Shown piece after piece: positions 17,199-26,763 of a stretch of 64,000 nt of DNA. The position numbers were made by a program, and so were the translations under genes. The notes under the pieces were generated by a model. It had not been told where the DNA came from. It did not search any database and saw only the letters and a program-made list of their open reading frames with translations. Source of the stretch: Patescibacteria group bacterium (GTDB taxonomy: Bacteria; Patescibacteriota; Patescibacteriia; XYB2-FULL-38-15); assembly GCA_041650995.1 (NCBI GenBank), contig JBAZJZ010000001.1, positions 149,757-213,756 on the forward strand. Direction: 5' to 3'. The number at the start of each line of letters is the position of its first letter. Position 1 is the first letter of the stretch.

Positions 17199-17612
17199 AT
17201 GATTTATAATAAACTTCAAATTTTTACCGACGGCGGCGCGCGAGGTAATCCCGGACCGTCCGGCATCGGCGTTGTGATTTGGTCTGGAAATGAATTAGTT
17301 GGTCAGTATAAAAAATATATTGGCGAGGCGACTAATAATCAGGCCGAATATAAGGCGGTAATTTTGGCTCTTGAAGAAGCCAAAAAATTGAGCCCGACTG
17401 AGCTGGAATTTTTTCTTGATAGTGAATTGGTTGTGAAACAATTAAATCGTGAATATAAAGTAAAGGATAAAGAGCTGGCGCCGCTTTTTGTTCAGGTTTG
17501 GAATTTAAGTATGGGATTTAAAAAGGTGACTTTTACGCACGTGCCGCGAGAGAAAAATAAGGAAGCGGATAAATTAGTTAATGAAGCGATGGATGAGGCG
17601 ACGCGAAAGTGA
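17199..17612 (+). CDS. rnhA: ribonuclease HI
   Basis: 137 aa, TDGGARGNPGPSGIGVVI (D), NNQAEYKAVILAL (E), DSELVV (D), RNase H fold. Confidence 0.85.
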   Translation: MIYNKLQIFTDGGARGNPGPSGIGVVIWSGNELVGQYKKYIGEATNNQAEYKAVILALEEAKKLSPTELEFFLDSELVVKQLNREYKVKDKELAPLFVQVWNLSMGFKKVTFTHVPREKNKEADKLVNEAMDEATRK

Positions 17613-17632
17613 TTTTGTGCTATAATTAAAGC

Positions 17633-19213
17633 ATGAAACAGGCAAGAAAAATTCTTGGCGGAAAAATTTTTAAATTAGCGCTGATTTTTGTTTTTATTTT
17701 TTTAGTCGGCGCTTTTTTGTTAGTAAAAGAAAAAATTAAAGAAGTGCGGGCGGGCGAGGATGATAATGTAGCTGGCTGGGCGTGGTCGTCAGATAATTTT
17801 GGCTGGTTTTCGGCTAATTGTTCAAATTTGGGATTATGTCCTGATGTTGGGAGAATTGATTATGGAATGAATGTGGAAGATGACGGAACGGTTAGTGGTT
17901 ATCTTTGGTCAGAAAACATTGGTTGGGTACGTTTCAGCAATCCTGAAGGAGAACTTGCGCCCGGCGGGGCAATAGCCAGAGCAATTTATGATAGAGTTCT
18001 TGGCAGAATTACCGGTTGGGCAAAAGTTTTGGCATTAGGTGATGGAGGGTGGTTGAAGCTTCGCGGGCCTGACGCTGGAATGCCAGGCGGGCCGTATCGC
18101 GCGTGCGCTGATTGCCAGGATGTGGAAATTCCCGGCGATCCGCCGACAATTGATTATCAATGCAATGTTTGTTTTACTGATAAATTTCCCGATCCGTCAG
18201 AAACGGGAGTTGGGAATATTTGCGGCCAGTGTTCTAATTGTGTTCGGGGAGCGCTGGAAGATACTTGCGCGGCTTGCACCTTTTGTGATAAATACGGCGT
18301 ATCGGTTGATCGGCAAAACGGCAGAATTATCGGCTGGGCATGGAATGGAAATAATGATCCGGCGGTCGGAGTTGGATGGATCAATTTTTCACCGACTCCG
18401 GGCGGTCTTGGTTTGTCTTCGCCCTGGCTTGAAACAAAATATGGAGAAATTTATGGAAAACTTTCGGTTGAATCACCTAGCGCTTTTGTGGAATTAATTA
18501 ATAAATACAACGCGACTTATTGCATTTTATCCACGGGCGCCATTACGAATTTTAGAAGTGGCGAGGGGTGTATTAGAACACCGTTTGAAAATTTTGATTT
18601 TCCCAAGGCAGGCAATCTTTACACCAACATTTTCGGTAAAATTGACTTAGCGGGAATTTCAGCGGGAAAGTATGGGTTGGTAAAAAATATTGCGGGCGAG
18701 GCAGACATCCCGGATTTACTCGCCGGCAAGGTTTATTATAAAAATGGTGATTTAACAATTGGTGCTAAAACTTTTAGTAATGGTTCGGGACGGCAAGATG
18801 GATCGGGCCTAATAGTCGTTAAAGGAAATTTAACGATTACCGGTAATCTTTCATATCAAGCCGGGGCGGTTATGAATTTAAAAAATTTAGCTTCAGTCGG
18901 CTGGCTCGTGCTTGACGACGGTTCTAAAACAAAAGGAAAAATAATTATTAATCCGTCAGTGGAAAAATTAGTGGGGGCGTTTTACGCGGAACAAGAAATC
19001 AGCACCGGAACAACTAATAATCGTCGGACTGACCTATCCCTCACGGTTCGCGGGTTAATGTTAGCCAAAAAATTAAATTTTGAGCGGCTTTGGCAGTCGG
19101 CGGAGCGCGGTTCGGAACAGGTTATTTATGATGGCCGGGTGCTTGCCAATACACCACCCGGAATGGCCGATTTAATGAGAGCTTTGCCTATTTGGCGAGA
19201 AGCAGCGCCGTAA
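17633..19213 (+). CDS. secreted/anchored Cys-rich protein with tandem GW(A/L)W...GW..F repeats, first gene of the pilus locus
   Basis: N-terminal TM. At least 4 repeats (NVAGWAWSSDNFGWFSANC, SGYLWSENIGWVRFSN, GRITGWAKV...GGWLKL, GRIIGWAWNGNNDPAVGVGWINF). Cys block CADCQD...CNVC...CGQCSNC...CAACTFC. Confidence 0.5.
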   Translation: MKQARKILGGKIFKLALIFVFIFLVGAFLLVKEKIKEVRAGEDDNVAGWAWSSDNFGWFSANCSNLGLCPDVGRIDYGMNVEDDGTVSGYLWSENIGWVRFSNPEGELAPGGAIARAIYDRVLGRITGWAKVLALGDGGWLKLRGPDAGMPGGPYRACADCQDVEIPGDPPTIDYQCNVCFTDKFPDPSETGVGNICGQCSNCVRGALEDTCAACTFCDKYGVSVDRQNGRIIGWAWNGNNDPAVGVGWINFSPTPGGLGLSSPWLETKYGEIYGKLSVESPSAFVELINKYNATYCILSTGAITNFRSGEGCIRTPFENFDFPKAGNLYTNIFGKIDLAGISAGKYGLVKNIAGEADIPDLLAGKVYYKNGDLTIGAKTFSNGSGRQDGSGLIVVKGNLTITGNLSYQAGAVMNLKNLASVGWLVLDDGSKTKGKIIINPSVEKLVGAFYAEQEISTGTTNNRRTDLSLTVRGLMLAKKLNFERLWQSAERGSEQVIYDGRVLANTPPGMADLMRALPIWREAAP

Positions 19214-19277
19214 ATTGGTTATTGGTTTATTTTTGTGTTATAATAAATTAATTGTTAAGCGTTAACTGTTTTAAAAT

Positions 19278-20330
19278 ATGACCAAAAGTTTTTTGGGTGT
19301 TGATTTGGGCGCGACGAGCATTAAAATTGTTGAATTAAAAGAAGAAGCAGGGAGGCCGAGGCTTTTAACTTACGGTTATACGGAACAAAGCGTTGGTTAT
19401 CCGGAAAAAGAATTTACAGAAACCCCCGAGCGGGCGATTGATTTAATTAAAAAAATTTCCATTAAAGCAAGAACCGTTTCCAAACAAGCAGTGGCGGCGT
19501 TGCCCTCTGCCTCGGTTTTTAGTTCGGTAATCAATATCCCAGCCGCGCCGGGCAAAGATTTGGCTGAAGCGGTGCGTTGGGAGGCGAAGAAGATCATTCC
19601 GTTGCCTTTAGAAGAGATGATTTTAGATTGGAAAGTTTTGACTCCAGAAGCTGCGGTTGGCGCCACCGTGCCGGTCATGCCGCAAAAGACGACCAGAGTT
19701 TTACTTACGGCAGCAGCAAAAAATTTAGTTAAAAAATATTTGGATATTTTTAAGGGCGCCGGTTTAAATTTAATAAGTTTGGAGACGGAAACTTTTGCCT
19801 TGGTCAGAGCTCTGGTTGGCGTTGATAAATCCACAGTGATTGTCGTGGATATGGGCGCGGCAAGCACAGCCATTTCCATTATCGAAAATGGTGTGCCTTT
19901 TTTAAACCGCTCTTTAAATGTCGGAGGAATAAATATTACCAAAGAAATCGCGGCGAGCCTTGGAACTGATTTTAATCAGGCTGAACAGATGAAATACGAT
20001 GTTGGAATGACGTCGGGCGCGGGCGGAGGAGTCTCGAAAATTGTAGAAAGAGCGTTATCAATGCTTTTGAATGAAATTAAATATTGCGCGAACATTTATC
20101 AAAATCAGGAAGGTGGAGCAGGGAAGAAAATTGAAAAAGTAATTTTAACCGGCGGCGGAGCGCTTCTTCCAAATTTTGTTGAATATCTTTCGGGCGCGCT
20201 AAATATGAGAGTTTACGCAGGCAATCCTTGGGCAAGAATAATTTATCCCGAGGAACTCCGTCCTATTTTAGATCAGATTGGACCAAAATTTTCCGTAGCA
20301 ATCGGTCTCGCGATGCGCGAATTGGAATAA
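19278..20330 (+). CDS. pilM: type IV pilus assembly ATPase-like protein PilM
   Basis: 350 aa actin-like fold, N-terminal LGVDLGATSIKIVELK. Confidence 0.8.
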   Translation: MTKSFLGVDLGATSIKIVELKEEAGRPRLLTYGYTEQSVGYPEKEFTETPERAIDLIKKISIKARTVSKQAVAALPSASVFSSVINIPAAPGKDLAEAVRWEAKKIIPLPLEEMILDWKVLTPEAAVGATVPVMPQKTTRVLLTAAAKNLVKKYLDIFKGAGLNLISLETETFALVRALVGVDKSTVIVVDMGAASTAISIIENGVPFLNRSLNVGGINITKEIAASLGTDFNQAEQMKYDVGMTSGAGGGVSKIVERALSMLLNEIKYCANIYQNQEGGAGKKIEKVILTGGGALLPNFVEYLSGALNMRVYAGNPWARIIYPEELRPILDQIGPKFSVAIGLAMRELE

Positions 20331-20506
20331 ACTAAAAATAAAAGATATATTGTTTTTTGCGTTGGTATTATTTCGAAGTTATGCCCCGCTAGAAATCGTC
20401 GGCAGAAAATTTTTATCAAAATTTTTTATTTGTGCAAAACGGGGCGGGCAGAATATTTTGTTATAGGGCAGACACTAAATAATTTTATTCAGATTTTTAA
20501 CGGGGT

Positions 20507-21550
20507 ATGCCCAACGGAAATAAAAATAGCGGGAATGATGACATAGAACTTTTGCCGGTTGAACTCCGGAGGCCGGAAGAGAAAAAGAAAAAGGAAGAAA
20601 AACAAGAAGTAAAATTATTCGTTCCCGAAACGGAAGAAAAATCCCAAAAATCAACTTTCATGGGAAAATTTTTTGGTTTGAAATCTGCTCCAAAACCCAT
20701 GGGTTCGCCAAAACCAGCCGCACCTCCACCGGAATCAGCCACAGAATCAGATCTGTCGGTTTTTAAAATGCAAAAAGAAGTTCCTAATGTCACTCCGCCG
20801 ACATCAGTTTTTTCTAGGTCAACACCCCCGCAACCGCGAGAAATTGTTCCTCCGCCAGCAAAACCGCCCGCGGAACAAAGACCCGCGCCACCGCAAAAAA
20901 TTGAACCAAAGCGCTCGCAAAATGGTGCGTCAAAAGGGAAATTATCAAAACCGTCAGGAGAAAAAATATCGCTTAGTCAGAAGCTCGGCATCACTTTGAT
21001 TCCAGAGGAAGAATCGGCGGTTAAAGAAAAAAGAAAAACGTCAAGGAAGGCGATCCTCCTGATTGTCGTGGCAATTATTTTAGTGTTAATCGGCGGGGGG
21101 TCATATTGGGCGTTAAAATGGTATCAGGGACAGGTTGATTTAGATTTACAAAAAGTTGAGGCAGATTTGAGCGTGATTAACGAAAAAAATAAAGCGTTGG
21201 ATTCAGAAAAAACTCAGGCTCAATTTTTTCAGAAAAAATTAAAAACTGCTGATAAACTTTTGGAAAATCATATTTATTGGACAAACTTTTTTTCTTTTTT
21301 AGAAAAAAATACCGTAGCGGATGTTTATTTTGTTAATTTAATCGGTGGGAGCGACGGACAGATTGTTATGTCGGGGGTGGCGAAAAGTTACAGAGCGATG
21401 GCAAGGCAGATTGTCGCCCTTAAGGCAGATGACAGGGTTTCTAAGGTTTCCGTTCTTTCCGCTTCAGCAAGCGTGGATACGGAAGGGAATGTGACGGAAA
21501 TTGATTTTGACGCGAAGCTGCAGATTAATTCGGAAATTTTTCTGAAATAA
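20507..21550 (+). CDS. pilN: PilN-like pilus assembly protein with Pro/Lys-rich N-terminal extension
   Basis: Low-complexity P/K/E N-terminus, single TM (AILLIVVAIILVLIGGGSYWAL), coiled-coil periplasmic part. Position between pilM and pilO. Confidence 0.55.
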   Translation: MPNGNKNSGNDDIELLPVELRRPEEKKKKEEKQEVKLFVPETEEKSQKSTFMGKFFGLKSAPKPMGSPKPAAPPPESATESDLSVFKMQKEVPNVTPPTSVFSRSTPPQPREIVPPPAKPPAEQRPAPPQKIEPKRSQNGASKGKLSKPSGEKISLSQKLGITLIPEEESAVKEKRKTSRKAILLIVVAIILVLIGGGSYWALKWYQGQVDLDLQKVEADLSVINEKNKALDSEKTQAQFFQKKLKTADKLLENHIYWTNFFSFLEKNTVADVYFVNLIGGSDGQIVMSGVAKSYRAMARQIVALKADDRVSKVSVLSASASVDTEGNVTEIDFDAKLQINSEIFLK

Positions 21551-21556
21551 AAAGAT

Positions 21557-22186
21557 ATGGAAAAAGTAGAAGAAAAAAAATCGAAAGAAGAGCAGAAAGA
21601 AGAGTCGAAGAAAAAAACATCTTCTTCTCTTTTGATATTTTTATTGATTGCGATTTTCGCAGTTGCGGGCTATCTTTTAATTTGGCCGGAATATAGCCGT
21701 CTGTTCGACGCTCGGGCAAAAATAGTTTTACAAAAACAAGCGTTGGAAAATGCATCTAAAGCTTTTGGGGAAATCAATAAATTGTTGGAAAACTACGCTG
21801 ATATTTCTTCGGAAGAGAAAGAAAAAATTGACGCGATGTTGCCAGATGAAGTTGATGAAGCGGGACTCTTTACTTTATTTGAAACTTTAGCACAAAAAAA
21901 TAAAATTATTGTCTTGGCGGTTGATATCAGCGAAAAAGAGTCAGCGGAAAATCTAAAAAATTTAGGGATTGTCGAAGTTCAGTCTTCCCTTAATCTTACC
22001 GCGGGTCCGGATTCGGAAGATTCATACGGTGATTTTAAAAAATTTTTAGTTGACGTAGAGGCAAGTTTAAGATTGGCAGACATCACTTCAATAAATTATA
22101 CGCCGGAAACAGCCACCTACACATTAAATCTAAAAACTTATCGCATGGCGCAGGCGCAAAGTTCCTTAGGACAACCTGCTCCGTAA
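21557..22186 (+). CDS. pilO: PilO-like pilus assembly protein
   Basis: Single TM after a charged N-terminus, then coiled coil. Synteny. Confidence 0.5.
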   Translation: MEKVEEKKSKEEQKEESKKKTSSSLLIFLLIAIFAVAGYLLIWPEYSRLFDARAKIVLQKQALENASKAFGEINKLLENYADISSEEKEKIDAMLPDEVDEAGLFTLFETLAQKNKIIVLAVDISEKESAENLKNLGIVEVQSSLNLTAGPDSEDSYGDFKKFLVDVEASLRLADITSINYTPETATYTLNLKTYRMAQAQSSLGQPAP

Positions 22187-22190
22187 ATTT

Positions 22191-22433
22191 ATGAAAAAAA
22201 GAGCACTGATTTTAATAGTTGTATTATTGCTTATCGCGGCAGGCGGATATTTTTTATATTATAAATTGATGAGCGAAGAAGTAGGCGGTACGCTTGGCAT
22301 TACAAAAACTATTGATACGAATTTTGACACAAAAATTTTTTCTAACAGTAAGTTTGACGGATTAAAAACATATGTAGTTTTGCCGGTTGAAGTCGGTCAG
22401 AAGGGAAAAATCAATCCCTTTATGAAGTTTTAA
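22191..22433 (+). CDS. small membrane-anchored pilus-locus protein (PilP-like?)
   Basis: 80 aa with N-terminal TM. TAATATG overlap with pilB. Confidence 0.35.
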   Translation: MKKRALILIVVLLLIAAGGYFLYYKLMSEEVGGTLGITKTIDTNFDTKIFSNSKFDGLKTYVVLPVEVGQKGKINPFMKF

Positions 22434-22434
22434 T

Positions 22435-24171
22435 ATGGATAATAGTCCCTTACTTAGTATTTTGCTCCAGGAAAAATTGATTGACGGAGAAAAAGCAGGT
22501 GTATTGATGGAGGAAAGTCAAAAAACAGGAAAAAGTATTGAAGCCCTTATTGACGAATCGGGCCAGATTGAAGAAGAAAAACTGGCCGAAGTAAAGGGCA
22601 AAGTTTTTAATTTGCCGTATGTTAATTTAGTCGGCCGTGAAATAAAATATGAAGATTTAAATATCATTCCAAAAGACGTGGCGGAAAATAATCATGTCGT
22701 TTCTTTTGAAAAACTTGATGGTGCGGTTAACGTTGGCATTATCAATCCGGGGAATATCGCAGCCATGGAGGCGATTGATTTTTTAGCTAAGGAGAAGAAA
22801 TTTTCCGTTAAATATTTTATAATTTCTCCGGCCAGTTTCAGGGATGCCGCGAAAAAATATGAGATTTTGAAAAAAGAAGTGGAAAAAGTTTTGGAAATCG
22901 CCGAGGAGAGATTTAAAGAAGAAGAAAAGGAAATTGAAGAGATTCCGGTGGGTGAGGTGGCAGAAGCGATTAAAAAAGCTCCAGTTTCCAAAATGGTTGC
23001 GATGATCATGAAATACTCCGTTGATAATAAAGCTTCGGATATTCACATTGAACCCGCGTTTAAAGAATCCCGAGTTCGTTATCGCATAGACGGCGTCCTC
23101 CGTCCGAGACTCGCCCTTCCAGCCTATATTCACGCAGCTGTAGTCGCAAGAATTAAGGTTTTAGCCAATTTAAAATTAGACGAGACGAGAATCCCTCAGG
23201 ATGGAAGAATTAGACAGGTTATCAACGGAAGAAACGTTGATTTTCGTATTTCCACGTTGCCTTTGATGGACCAAGAAAAAGTTGTGATGAGGGTTTTGGA
23301 GACCGCAACAAAAGCCGCAACACTTGAAGATCTTGGATTTCGCGGGCGGGCGGTGGAAATTATCAGTCGGGAAATAAAAAGACCGCATGGACTTTTGCTT
23401 GTTACCGGTCCGACTGGCTCTGGTAAATCCACAACTCTTTACACGGCGCTTTCTATGGTAAATCGTGAAGGAATCAACCTTGTAACTTTAGAAGACCCGA
23501 TAGAATATTATATTGGCGGAGTAAACCAGTCGCAAATTCGGCCGGAAATTGGATTTACTTTTGCCGCCGGACTTCGTTCTCTCTTGCGGCAGGATCCGAA
23601 TATTATTATGGTCGGCGAAATTCGCGACAATGAGACAGCGGAACTTGCTATTCACGCGGCGCTTACTGGCCACTTAATTTTTTCCACCCTGCACACAAAT
23701 GACGCCGCCGGAGCGATCCCGCGTTTGATTGATATGAAAGTAGAGCCGTTTTTATTATCATCAACCTTAAATGTAGTCGTCGCCCAGCGATTAGTTAGAA
23801 AAATTTGTTCTTTTTGTAAAGAAGAAGTTGCCATGCCCGTCGATGTTACAGAAAATATCAGAAACGAGCTGGTTTCCATGCCCAAGAAATTTTTGCCGTC
23901 AGGAGTTGATCTGGATTCTCCTTTCAAACTTTGGCACGGGGCAGGCTGCGCGCGTTGTAATAATGAAGGGTATATTGGTCGAGTCGTTATTTCTGAAGTT
24001 TTGGAGGTTACGGATAATTTAAAAAGAATTATCGCCGAGGGATTTAATATTAAAAATTTTAATGAGGAAAGAAAAAATCAGGGCATGGTCAGCATGAAAC
24101 AAGATGGGTTTTTAAAAGTACTTGAAGGATTAACAACCGTAGAAGAAGTTTTGCGTGCGACACAAGAATAA
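22435..24171 (+). CDS. pilB: type IV pilus assembly ATPase PilB (GspE family)
   Basis: Walker A GPTGSGKSTTL, Walker B IIMVGEIRD, His box, tetracysteine CSFCK...CARC. Confidence 0.9.
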   Translation: MDNSPLLSILLQEKLIDGEKAGVLMEESQKTGKSIEALIDESGQIEEEKLAEVKGKVFNLPYVNLVGREIKYEDLNIIPKDVAENNHVVSFEKLDGAVNVGIINPGNIAAMEAIDFLAKEKKFSVKYFIISPASFRDAAKKYEILKKEVEKVLEIAEERFKEEEKEIEEIPVGEVAEAIKKAPVSKMVAMIMKYSVDNKASDIHIEPAFKESRVRYRIDGVLRPRLALPAYIHAAVVARIKVLANLKLDETRIPQDGRIRQVINGRNVDFRISTLPLMDQEKVVMRVLETATKAATLEDLGFRGRAVEIISREIKRPHGLLLVTGPTGSGKSTTLYTALSMVNREGINLVTLEDPIEYYIGGVNQSQIRPEIGFTFAAGLRSLLRQDPNIIMVGEIRDNETAELAIHAALTGHLIFSTLHTNDAAGAIPRLIDMKVEPFLLSSTLNVVVAQRLVRKICSFCKEEVAMPVDVTENIRNELVSMPKKFLPSGVDLDSPFKLWHGAGCARCNNEGYIGRVVISEVLEVTDNLKRIIAEGFNIKNFNEERKNQGMVSMKQDGFLKVLEGLTTVEEVLRATQE

Positions 24172-24195
24172 AATAGAATTTAGGAAAATCTGCTT

Positions 24196-25281
24196 ATGGC
24201 GATGGATACAAATCTAGATAAATATATTGCGAAAATACCTTTTTTAAACCGAGTCCCGGCTAAAGACTTGGTTATTTTTGCTCGTCAGCTTTCGGTTATG
24301 ATTTCCGCCGACGTGCCAGTTGTTCAGGCTTTGAAAATTTTGATCCGGCAAACAGCTAACAAAAATTTACGAACTGTTGTGGCCAATCTCGCCGCTGATG
24401 TTGAGGGCGGCGCGAAACTTTCCATCGCCCTGGGACGGTACCCTCATATTTTTGACGATTTTTTTGTTAATATTATCCGTTCAGGTGAAACGACGGGAAA
24501 GCTAGACGAGGTTTTGGATTATTTGGCAACTCAACGGGAAAAAGATTATGATCTGCAAAGCAAAATAAAGGGCGCCATGATTTATCCAGCGTTTATTTTG
24601 TTTGGTTTGGTAGCGGTCGGCATTGTGATGATGATTTTCGTTATTCCTAAACTGACGGATATTTTAAAGGAAACGGGAGGGGTCCTACCTCTTTCTACGA
24701 GAATTTTAATTACAACTTCTGATGTGATGACAAATTATTGGTGGGCTCTGGCGGTCGTTGTTGTGGGTATTGTTTTAGGCGTGAGATATCTAATCAGTTT
24801 TCCTCTTGGCAGAAAATATTGGGATACGATGAAATTAAAGTTACCAATTTTCGGCCAATTATTTAAAAGAATTTACATAGTCCGTTTTACTCGCGGACTT
24901 TCAACGCTTCTTACTGGCGGAGTGGAAATTGTAGGAAGTTTGAAAATCGCCGGAGAGATTACTGGAAACGCGGTTTATAAAGAATTGATAACGGAAACCA
25001 TGAAAGAGGTGGAGGACGGCAATCCAATTACGACGGTTTTTGCCAAAAGCAAAGATATCCCAATAATGGTTACTCAAATGCTGGGCATTGGAGAGCAAAC
25101 CGGGAAAATTAGTGTTATTTTGGAAAGAATTACCGATTTTTATACGCGAGAGACGGAAAATATGGTTAGGAATTTAACCACGATTATGGAGCCGCTTATT
25201 ATGCTTTTGATGGGGGTGGGCGTTGGCATTATGGTCGCGGCGGTAATTTTACCAATGTACAGTCTGGCGACGCAGTTTTAG
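24196..25281 (+). CDS. pilC: type IV pilus platform protein PilC (GspF family)
   Basis: 361 aa with GspF repeats and 3 TM segments. Confidence 0.8.
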   Translation: MAMDTNLDKYIAKIPFLNRVPAKDLVIFARQLSVMISADVPVVQALKILIRQTANKNLRTVVANLAADVEGGAKLSIALGRYPHIFDDFFVNIIRSGETTGKLDEVLDYLATQREKDYDLQSKIKGAMIYPAFILFGLVAVGIVMMIFVIPKLTDILKETGGVLPLSTRILITTSDVMTNYWWALAVVVVGIVLGVRYLISFPLGRKYWDTMKLKLPIFGQLFKRIYIVRFTRGLSTLLTGGVEIVGSLKIAGEITGNAVYKELITETMKEVEDGNPITTVFAKSKDIPIMVTQMLGIGEQTGKISVILERITDFYTRETENMVRNLTTIMEPLIMLLMGVGVGIMVAAVILPMYSLATQF

Positions 25282-25335
25282 TTGTGGAACTTAAAATTTG
25301 AAACTCGCAACTCGTTGACAGTTTATCAAGCCCAA

Positions 25336-25363
25336 AGTTCCATGTTTCAAGTTCCATGTTTCA
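25336..25363 (+). promoter_or_regulatory. perfect tandem 14-bp direct repeat AGTTCCATGTTTCA x2 over the -35 region of the pilin promoter
   Basis: Repeats 25336..25349 and 25350..25363. Extended -10 TGtTATAAT at 25372..25380. Pilin ATG at 25454. Confidence 0.55.
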
Positions 25364-25453
25364 TGATTTTGTGTTATAATTTAATAATAATTTAATCCTA
25401 AAAAATCACAACTTAGAAGCTTAAAGTTGTGATGGACGAAAGGAGGTGGAAGA

Positions 25454-25894
25454 ATGTTTAAAAATAAAAAAGGTTTTACCTTGATTGAATTGCTCGTAGT
25501 TATTGCCATTATCGGCTTGCTTTCAACCTTGGCGGTCGTCGCTTTGACTTCAGCTAGAACTAAAGCCAGAGATTCAAAGAGAGTTGCGGACATGAAACAG
25601 GTCCAAACAGCTATGGAATTGTATTACAGCGCTAACAACGCTTATCCTCTTTGTGCTGCCGGAACATTGGTTTCTGCTTGCGGAGTTTTGGCGCCTGATT
25701 ATTTGCCCGGCGTTGCTAATTTGAAGGATCCGGGTGGAATTGCAGCGGCTTGCGCCGATCCAGCAGCAGCGAAGTGCAATTATTCTTTTGGCGCACCAGT
25801 AGCGGGCGAGTTTGAGGTCAATTTTTGGTTAGAGGGAGCGACAGGAGATTTAGCTGCAGGTGCTCATACGGTAACACCGGCTGGTCTCAAGTAA
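25454..25894 (+). CDS. pilA: major type IV pilin (prepilin)
   Basis: MFKNKKG|FTLIELLVVIAIIGLLS class III signal with Glu+5. 146 aa with C-terminal Cys pair. Confidence 0.85.
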   Translation: MFKNKKGFTLIELLVVIAIIGLLSTLAVVALTSARTKARDSKRVADMKQVQTAMELYYSANNAYPLCAAGTLVSACGVLAPDYLPGVANLKDPGGIAAACADPAAAKCNYSFGAPVAGEFEVNFWLEGATGDLAAGAHTVTPAGLK

Positions 25895-25925
25895 ATTTAG
25901 TCTCAAAATTTTGAGAGATCAAAAA

Positions 25926-25947
25926 ACTCCCGCGCGGGAGTTTTTTG
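25926..25947 (+). terminator. strong rho-independent terminator after pilin (actcccgcgcgggagt + TTTTTTGTTT)
   Basis: Perfect GC palindrome with a U-run. Also a 16-bp perfect palindrome tctcaaaattttgaga just upstream. Confidence 0.8.
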
Positions 25948-25979
25948 TTTGGTTTTTGCTTATTTTTGTGGTATAATTT

Positions 25980-26762
25980 TTGAATATGGTGATTACAATA
26001 GTTTTTATTTTTGGCTTAATTTTGGGAAGTTTTCTAAATGTCGTAATTTGGCGGATGCATGCCGGAGAGTCGGTTTTAACCGGCCATTCCCATTGCCCAA
26101 AATGCCGCCATATTTTAGGTCCTTTTGAATTAATTCCGGTTTTAAGTTTTCTAATTCAGAAGGGGAGGTGTCGGCATTGCGGAAAATCAATTTCCTGGCA
26201 ATATCCGCTCGTGGAACTTTCTACCGCGATTTTATTTTTGCTCGTTTATTTGCCGTACGATTTACGGTTTACAACCTATAATTTTTTTCTCTTAGCAAGA
26301 ACATGGTTTATCATTGCTACTCTGATAGTAGTTTTTGTTTATGATTTAAAATATTATTTAATTTTGGATAAAATAATTTATCCCGCAGCGGCGGTTGTTA
26401 TTATAACTTTGCCGTTAATTTATGGAGGAGAAATTTCTTGGTGGGGATTAGTTGGTCCGATTATCGCAGCAATTCTGGGCGGCGGATTTTTTCTTTTGCA
26501 GTATTTAATTTCAAAAGGTAAATGGATTGGCGGGGGAGATATAAAAATGGGAGCGTTGATGGGTTTGATTTTGGGAATTGGCGGGCTCGGCGTAGCTTTG
26601 TTTTTTGCGTATGTCGTCGGCGCGGTTATAGGGTTGATTTTAGTGGCCGGGAAAATTAAAACAATGAAAAGCCAAGTGCCATTTGGGACGTTTCTCGCCG
26701 CCGGAACTGTTTTCGCGATGTTTTTGGCTCGGCCAATTTTAAATTGGTATTTAAATTTTTAA
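25980..26762 (+). CDS. pilD: prepilin peptidase PilD (A24 family)
   Basis: CPKCRH...CRHCG zinc tetracysteine, 8 TM, two catalytic Asp regions. Confidence 0.85.
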   Translation: MNMVITIVFIFGLILGSFLNVVIWRMHAGESVLTGHSHCPKCRHILGPFELIPVLSFLIQKGRCRHCGKSISWQYPLVELSTAILFLLVYLPYDLRFTTYNFFLLARTWFIIATLIVVFVYDLKYYLILDKIIYPAAAVVIITLPLIYGGEISWWGLVGPIIAAILGGGFFLLQYLISKGKWIGGGDIKMGALMGLILGIGGLGVALFFAYVVGAVIGLILVAGKIKTMKSQVPFGTFLAAGTVFAMFLARPILNWYLNF

Positions 26763-26763
26763 A

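Noticed and set aside
18120-18497. 125-aa alternate-frame ORF inside the Cys-rich repeat protein gene, and similar internal or antisense ORFs throughout (e.g. 19397..19942, 29658..30229, 46502..46981)
   Set aside because: They lie inside well-supported longer genes, with AT-rich low-complexity translations. Considered spurious.
20380-20470. GC-rich patches gccccgc / acggggcggg upstream of pilN
   Set aside because: The two segments are not complementary, so no convincing hairpin or repeat.
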